This document shows, piece by piece, positions 36,861 to 45,800 of a stretch of DNA of 58,253 nucleotides; the stretch's first letter is position 1, and each line of letters opens with the position of its first letter. The DNA lies in IMG/VR virus record IMGVR_UViG_3300044723_012229, positions 1 through 58,253 of that record, one strand, 5' to 3'. The notes under the pieces were generated by a model. That model searched no databases, was not told the DNA's origin, and saw only the letters and a list, made by a program, of their open reading frames with translations. The position numbers and the translations under genes were made by a program. The DNA comes from a virus (lineage: Duplodnaviria; Caudoviricetes).

Positions 36861-39800
36861 CTAGATTCACTAAGTACCCCTCCAGGCCTTTTTTCTTCAA
36901 CAATAACAGATACCACCTGCTGCTTTATTCGTTCACTCATTTCTTTGTACTTTGCAACATCTTCATTACCAGAACTTGCGGATTTAGATTCTTTTTCCGA
37001 AGAAGATTTTCCTGAGGAATCGACGTTTACAGTGATATTTATATTATTTGTATTTGCAGATGACGATTTAGAGTCGGAGAAAGCTCCAGAATCATCAGAG
37101 GATCCTACCGCTCCTCCTTGATAATACTTTCCTGCGTTGACCATGTCTAGATTTGCCTTACCTATTTTTCTTGCAGAGCTAGCTTTAATTACATACTCTC
37201 CATCCGAAAGCATGGCTGGAATCTGGTCAATGCCTTTTTTACCAGAAACATGGCCTCCCTTATTATAATTGTGAATCATTCCTCCGAGAGACTGCGAGTA
37301 AACACTGCCCCAATCCATTGCATATTTGAAATTGGTTTTTGGTTGATTAAGTTGCTGTTGAAAATAGTCGCTCCCAGAATAATTCCACTGACTTTTGTTT
37401 CCGCCGAATACACCCCTAAATGGATTCGCTTGTTGCAAGAAGCTTTTGTTATTTGCTATGGGAGAACTTTGAATAAAACCCTGACTGATTGCATCATCAG
37501 TTATTCCATTCTTAAATATTTTATAAGATCCATCTATGTTTTGTGCGACCACAGCGTCTTTACCTAAGTTTTCTAAACTTTTATTTGTCAAGCCTGCTTC
37601 TTTAGCGGCCCCAGTTAATTTACCTGTTCCAGTATCCGAAATAGAATCGAAAGCATTATTCAATCCCGCCATAACCACGGTGCTCACAAGAGAACCGATT
37701 AAAGCTCTTTTCTTGGCTTTCTTTTCGTATCGTTTTTGCTGATCTTCCCTCCATTTTTGCATGGATTCATTGTATTCATCTTGCGTATCGCGCGCATCAT
37801 CCGCGAGAGCCACATTTCCAGCTGCCCCACTTAAAAAGAAGCCGCTAACATTTCTTTTGCGATACTTCTTTCCTGTATCCTTCATGCCTGCACTTACATG
37901 AGAACCAACGTCCCCGCCTTCTGCAAATTGCTGAATGCCTATTCCAGAATTCAAATTGTGCATAAACGCGGTTCCGTATTTGGACACGGCCCCTCGATTC
38001 ATTACATACTCTCCATCACTAACCATCGCAGGAACCATTCCTCCAGAGCTATATTTTCTGACTCCTCCCCCATCGTTGTAACGAGCAATTGTTTGATCGG
38101 TTTGAAAAGCCTTGCCTCCTCTGGTATACGTACGAATAACGCCTCCGTTATGGCGCTCTTTAACCCTTCCTCCAGTATTGAATCCCATTGAACCAACAAT
38201 TCTATTTGCAAAAGATTGAAGCATGGCTCGCTGAATTGCCATCAAGAAATTCAAACCAATTTGCCGCAGTTGATCATCAAGATCCTCTGCTCCATTGATC
38301 GCAACCTGCATGGCGTCGGCCATACCAGAGGCGAAGTTTTGTGCAATATCTCCACCAAGCTTAAAGTCCATATAATCAGCTTGATCGCGAAGTTCTTTTG
38401 CTGCGTTCCTAAAACCGTCAACCATGTATCCAGCACCAGAACCTCTTTGGAAAGCATCGATTTGTCTAAGAGTTGCAAGTCTTTCTTTGTCGCTTTGTAG
38501 GGTTTCTTTTGTTCTTTCGGATATATTATCAAGATCACTTTTAGCTGCACTCAAAGCTTGCTGCTCTTCGTCCGAAAGATTACCTCCTTTAGATTTTAAC
38601 TCTTTTATCTCTTCCAATTTTTCAATTTGTTCAGCGAGTAATGCGTTTGCTGACTCGAGAGCTTGATTTGACTTTTTGTCATCTTCGCTAAGATCCTGGT
38701 CTGGTTTTGTTAGTTTTATACTTTCAGTATTATCATCCACTATTGTTTTGAGTCTTGATATAGCACCACCCTCGTTGCCATCCTCTATAGTATAGCCTGC
38801 CACACCCAGTCCGGTATTTAATTCATTTAATCTTTTTTGAGTTCTTTCTTCTTTAGCGGTTTTAGCAAGCTCCTCAAAACTTGAAGATGTACCTTCTTTA
38901 CCTAGCTCACTAAAAGAATTCACATCTTCAGTTTGTAAAGACTCTAAGTCCTTCTCATTATAATATCCCGCTAAACCCATATCATTAAGAGCTTTCTGTG
39001 CGGTAGTTGAGGTTGATTGATTGAAGCTTGTTATTCTATCTGCTTGTTGTTTTGGCAAAGTATTTTTTTCATAAAAATCAAGCTCTTCTTGTTTTGTTCG
39101 ATAAAGACCTCTTTTCTTTCCATCAGCAATAGGCCTTTGAAAGTTATCTTGATCTCTCTGATAGCCTATATCCCTAATGGAAGCGGCGTGCTGAAGGTTA
39201 TCCATTGCGGTTTTAAATTTTATCGCAGTAGCCGACGCATCATCAGCAATCTTGCCTAGCTCTACATTTATTTTACTCTGAATAGTCAACCTGTTTTGAT
39301 CTAATTTACTGCCCTCAATTAGCTGTTTATTTCGCAAGGCCGAATTTTTTTCATAATTACTTAAAGCTTTACCTTCGTTTGAGCTTGCATCGGTCAATGT
39401 CCGCAGAAATTTTAAAAATTCATCAGCACCTTTTTCAAACTCTGCATTTAATGCATCATTAACCTCTATATCAGTTACATCCTTTTCGGGCTTTCCCCCA
39501 TCTTGAGCCAAGTTTATTTTGATTGCGCTCTTCAAGTTATTACTTCCTTGCGCAATTTTTAATAATTCATCAACACTGGTTTGCTCGTTTTTCTTGAGTT
39601 GCTCTTCGTATTTTTGTGAAAGTTTTACTTGAGCTTTTGCGGCGGCTATTTTGGCTTTTGTTTCTTTGTTCATCGAACCAGCCATAACCCTTTCGTAGTT
39701 TGAAAGAGAATCGGTAATACTTCCATATACTCGCTTGATTTTCATTTGTTCATCAAACATAAGCTGAGCATTTCGTATCATTGCTTGTTCTAAATTTAGT

Positions 39801-42800
39801 CTAATGATTACAGCATTATTTTGTTTCGTGTAATTTTCTAGCAGTTTTCCAACCTCTATCCCTGCGCTTTTTAATATTGCTATAATTTCTGCCTCATTCC
39901 CTGCTGCATTTAAAGCTTTCAATTCTGTTTTTAGATCCCCTACATTTTTAGTTTCCTTGCTTCCGTCTTGCTTTTTGTATGAGACCTCTTTTGTATCTGG
40001 TAGCAGATCCAAGTAGTCCTCATATAACTCTTGAGCCATACTAACTTTTTTACCATCATCCTGGTTATCAAAAAAACCACTTCCACCAAATTGAGCAATA
40101 ATCTCATTCATTGAATAATTTTTATTGAGATCAGTTAAGCCCATAGTTTTAAGCTGATCATTTCTTTCGGCGGTCATTTCTTGCACCCTAACCATATCTT
40201 CTTTAGCCGCACTTGTTAGTTCCTCATTAAGTATTTTCCCTCCTTTTATCAAACTATCCAAAACATACTGAGCGCCTTTTTCGCTGTGACGAGCTATTCG
40301 ATCGACCAGCTCTTCCAGCTCAGGGTCTTTATGTGGATCTTTTCTAAATTCGTCTATGTTTCCGTAATCTTTCAAGCCTTTTAGTTTATGCGCAAACTCA
40401 ATTGCACCATCAATAGTCTCATCTCCAGCATACTTGTCTAACTGCACAGTGGTTGGGCGTATTGCGCTTCCCATGCCAAGCATACCTCTGTGTGTTTGAA
40501 TATCTAAATCTAGATCCGAAATAATACTCTGCATCTCTTCAGTATTAAAAACAAGTTCTACTTCTTCTTGAGCCTTCATGCCGTTAACTACTCGGGGGCC
40601 AGTTGCTACAAATTTTCCGCTGGCATTTAGTCTAGTTGGAGTATTGACATTAAATGTCTTAGCGGAAGTCATCCGGTAGTCTATATCATTCCCCTCAAAA
40701 TCTTTTTGACCTTTTTTAAAAATATCGTTCTTAACGGCATTGAACCCAGATACAGCGCTTTGAATAGTGGTCTTAGACCTTTGTTTATCAAATTCTAGAG
40801 AGCTTTTTCGCATCGCTTCTGCATTTTCATCGGTTGCGCCGAGAAGTCCAATCAAACCTCCTGTAGCAGCGCCAAGCGCGGTAACCAAAGGAGCAAATGG
40901 TCCAGCTAAAGGCGCAACCATACTCGCCATCATTGCACCACTAGAAGCTCCGGTTAAAGCTCCCCCTGCAGCATAAGCTGCTCCGCCAGCTCCACCACCT
41001 GGACCCCCTTCTTGAAGAAATCCTGCGGCCATCGGCGCGCCCATCATCATCATCATGCCTTTATCACCACTAAACATGCCTCCAAGTTTTTTCGAAAATT
41101 TTCCAGCGGCCGAGTTGCCTGCTCTATTTATCGCTCCCCCAATAGAATTTTCTAGCTTTAGCTGCTGCTCTTTTTTAGCTCTAATTTTTGTTTTTGTATC
41201 AACAATATTTCGCTCTGCATTAGCAGACTGCTTAGTTAAGTCGCTAACTTTTTGACTTTGAGTCGCAAGATCTGCTTCAATCCTTTGAAGTTTTTTTCTG
41301 TTTTTATTTGATGTTTTGAGTTTCTCAACTCTCTCTTTTTCTTCTTTTAACTGCTTCTCTTTAGCTTTAGCTATTTCTAAGGGTTCTTTATTGCTCTTAA
41401 CTATTTTGTAATGTTCTTTTATTGCTGTACCCAGTTGCAACAAAGAATCTTTAACTTCCCCCATTTCAGATGCATAACTACTAGCAGTTAAAGGGCCAAT
41501 CTTATCGCTTATTGCATAATTAGGAACATACGAGTCTGCGCCAAAAACATCTCTTAATCCATTTGGTTCGTCTCGAGTATTCGTAACCCCAAGGCCCAGG
41601 GGATTCTCTTTTTTTACGAGAGCAGAATGAGCGTCAACACGAATTTGATTAACAGGAACCCCCGCAGCCTTTTCGCGATTGATTGCATCGCTCAACGGGT
41701 TCGCAAAATTAGGAACGTGACCTTCAGCAGAAAATCCAACCCTAGAGTCGTTCAAATAATTTTTATCTTTTCGCGTCAACATTGTTGTGCGCAAACCGCC
41801 AATAGAAAATAGTTCACCAGAAGATGTGCCGCTAAGAATACCATTCTTTTCATTGTAACCAAGATTTGCTTGTGAATAATCCAAAAAAGCTTTCAACCCA
41901 TTTCGGTTTACCCATTTACTCACCTGCATTTTTAACGAACGCAAAGAATTAAATGGAAAGCTATTATATCCAATATTCATCTCGCCAGATGTAACCATGC
42001 CAGGCTTGATCCTTTGTTTTAATTGAGGAAATGAACTCAACAACATAGACCACGGAGTTTTTCCAGAAGCTACATTAATTTGATCAAAGTCACTATAAAT
42101 AGAAGGATCTTTTCCTCCCTGTTTTTTTGTAAAATCACCAATAACCCCAAAATTTTTGAACGCTCCTCCCTTTTTGCTTGAGTCTCCTACACTGACACCA
42201 TCTTTTCTTGATGAATAAATGATTGAGGCGCTATTAGTGGTGGACCCAGATTCTTTTCCGTATGTAAAATCAGTATATGTACCAGTTTCTTTGTCGGTTA
42301 TTCTAGCAACAGGCAAATACCCGCTATATTTTCCGGTCGTTTTTATATTTGAATTTCCAAACTTATTTATTCTTTTGTTTAGTTCTTCTAGGTTTTTCTT
42401 CTTTTGAAAATCTATATAGTCTGAATTCATTGACCACTTCCACTTAGGCTCAGACTCCCAAGAATTTGCGGCGAAATTAGGAATGTACCCTCTAGCAGCT
42501 TTTTGAAATGCAGGGCTAATTTCCTTGAGGTCGTCGGAGAGCTTGTACTTTTTTCTAGTATATGGAATTGCCCCTGACCGTGTTACCTTTACTTTTTTTC
42601 CGTCTTTGTTCTTTATAGGATTTCCATCTTCATCAACTGCGTCCTCCTCCCATGTTTCTCTTACCCCAAATTCGTTGATTAGTTTTTTATAGAAAGATTT
42701 TTTATTTGAGTTAGACAATGAATTTTTGTAATCCGCCAAATTTATCTTTGGTAAATCTGTAAAAATTCTCCTTAACTGACCAATAGCTCCACTTCTAACA

Positions 42801-45800
42801 TCAAAATCTCCATAAACATCGGATCGGTCATCTGGTTCAGGCTTATATTGCACAGCGGCGTTAACAGCTGTTTCAAATATTCCTCCGACCGCAGCATTCA
42901 TACCGCCTTTTGCTCCTTTTGCTTGTGTAAATTCGTCCTCAAACACCCCCATTTGCACAGCCTCTTCGCCGATAAGTGCTCGTATTTGATTTGTATAACC
43001 TAGCCCAATGTTCTTCGAAGAGCTTGATATTGCCTCAGAGAGGTTGGTTTTCACCGTCTTGCCGCCTGCAGTCTTCAGAGAGTATACAGGCCAAGAAAGC
43101 CTTTTGTCGCCTGTACCATAACTAGCTATTCCGCTACCAGCTTCAGGAGGAACAAGCATAGCGGCTTTAGCGTTTTCGACAGCTTTATTGGTTGCTTTAA
43201 TATCTACTCGATGCTCTTGCAATTGCTTGAAATTCTTTGCGCCAATATCGTCTGCATAATCTTCAAATAATATTGCCTGAGTTGGTACAGGACTCTTACC
43301 CCAAGCATTACTAAGTATCTCTCGAGCTTCACCGGAGGTCCACCCATATCCTTTGTCGGCAACCTCGATTATAGCATTTCTTTGCTTGTTGGAGAGGCCA
43401 GCTGGAAGCGCAAAGTTGGGTATATATCCATCAGAATTATACGGGTCAAAACCATGAACCTTTCCAAACTCTTTTTGGTAAGCCTGCCCAGCGCGACTCT
43501 TGGCAGGAGGCATGATTGCTGGTTGAGACATGCCAGGAAAAGTTTTCACCTGCTCTGCCGAGTTGTAAACAACCGGACCTTCTCCCGGAATATCCATTGA
43601 TTTTATTGCTCCAGGTGCGTACCCAGATTTGACCGCTTCCTTTCTTTCTATTTTTTCTGGGCTAGGCACAAATCCTTCTGCAAATATATAATCAAAAAGA
43701 TCCGGCTCTTGCCTATCTTTAGGGACAAGCCTTTGATTTCTTGAGTTGGCAAAATTAGGAACATATCCCAATGCATAAGGCTTTGGTTTCTTTTTTAAGC
43801 TGTCGGTTTCCTCTTCGTCTTTTTTTAATCTATTTATCTCAAACCTTTTATTGAATGCGTCAGATCCATTAATTTTTTCGAAACCAGAGCGATAATTTTG
43901 TTGATCTATTTTGGATAGAATCGGAGTTTCTTTTTCGGTTTGATATATTTTAATATCTTTTTGATAGTATGGTTTAAGCCTTTGGTTTTTTGATCCTCGC
44001 TCGACAACCTCAAATTTTCTTTCCTGAGGTTCGGTGATTTGGTTTTTAGAACCCTTTTGATCTTCAGGCTGAATCTGTCTTTCTTGAGGAGGAGAGCTTT
44101 GATTTTTCGAGCCCCCTTTGATATCAGGGAGATCCAATTGATCTACATCTTCTCTGCGATCTGAAGTTTCTGTTGTTTGATTCTTCGATCCAATCTTTTG
44201 CTCTTCGGGTATCTGCCTTTCTTGCGGCGCAGACTTTTGATTTTTAGAACCCACCTGCTGATCGACTTGAGCCTCTCTATCGGTTTGATTCTTAGAACCC
44301 TTTTGCTCTTGAGGTTCTAATTGTCGCTCTTCGGGAGCAGCGGTTTGATTCTTGGAACCCTTTTGCTCATCAGGTTCAGTAAATTCTTTGGGAGTAGTCT
44401 TTTGGTTTTTAGAGCCAACTTGTTGATCGACTTGTACCTCTTTATCAACTTGATTTTTGGAACCCTTCTTCTCGTCGGGCTCAAGTTGCCTTTCCTGAGG
44501 GGCAGCGGTTTGGTTTTTAGAGCCTTTCTGTTCTCCAGGCTCAGTAAACTCCTTGGGAGTAGTCTTTTGGTTTTTGGATCCTTCCTGTTGATCGGTTTGT
44601 GTTTTTCTAACAGTCTGATTCTTGGATCCCTGCTGTTCATCAGGAAAAAGTTGGCGCTCTTGCGGAGGCGAGGTTTGATTTTTAGATGCTTTATTTAAAT
44701 CGACTCCTTGAATTATTTTATTTGGATCAATACCTTTCGTTCTCGTTTTGTTATCAGAGAACATGGTTTTTGATTCGGATGAATCTTTGCCATTTAACTT
44801 TTCAAAACCCTTCTTAAATAGATCTCTGTTTTCTCTGTCGCTCGATTTAGATAGTTCAGAAGCAAGAGATACCTCTGTTTCAGTAATTTTGATTTTACTT
44901 GTTTGATTCTTCGAGCCTTTTTGTTCTTGTTCTTGTTGACGCTCTTGAGGTGGAGCAACTTGATTCTTGGATCCTTTTTGATCTTCTGGTAACGTTTGGC
45001 GTTCTTGAGGAGGGGTTGTTTGATTTTTCGAGCCAGATTCTACTTCTGGCAAATCCAGTTTATCTACATCATCCCTGCGATCAACGGCCACTTGATTTTT
45101 GGAGCCGGGCTGGTCTTCGGGAGTTATTTGTCGATCCTTAGGGGGAGTTTTTTGATTCTTTGAACCTGTTTGTTCTTGAGGCTCTAGTTGTCGCTCTTCA
45201 GGAGTAGCGGTTTGATTTTTGGAACCCTTTTGCTCATCGGGTTCAGCAAATTCTTTGGGAGTAGTCTTTTGGTTTTTGGACCCTTCTTGTTGATCAGATT
45301 GAGTTCGACGCTCTTGAGGTGGAGCAGTTTGATTTTTTGAGCCAGAATCTTCTGCAGAGCCTTGTCTTTCCTTAGGGGGAGTTCTTTGATTCTGAGAGCC
45401 AATAATTGTCTCCGGATCTTGAGATATATCCAAATCCTCCCGAGACCTTAATCTTTGAACTTTTTTAAAATAAGAATTTGGAACATATTTTTGATTGCGA
45501 GATTTATCTGCAGAATCAACACCAGAGGCTTCATATGGATTAAATCCATGAATATCTTGAAAAGCTTGCTTATAGCTTGAGCCTGCTTTCGTCTGAGAAG
45601 GAGGCATGATTGCAGGCTGTTTTATTCCCGGAAAATATTTTATTGTTTCTGCTGTGTTGTATAAAATATCTCCTTCTCCAGGAACCCTCATTGATCTCAC
45701 TTGACCAGGTTTATATCCTGCTTCTTTTGCAGCCTCCTCTTCTTCAAATTTATCTTTCGTTGAAGTTTTAGCAAAATTAGGAACAAAACCCTCTGCAGAT

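Noticed and set aside
41042-41056. (CAT)5 microsatellite encoding MMMMM in the TMP
   Set aside because: In-frame triplet run at the start of a hydrophobic Gly/Ala segment. It cannot cause phase variation and has no other support.
43980-45400. DNA repeats (ttgattyttdgadcc-like) with variable spacers that superficially resemble a CRISPR array
   Set aside because: Repeats are only ~15 nt and degenerate at third codon positions, spacers resemble each other, all stay in frame in the TMP, and no cas genes are present.
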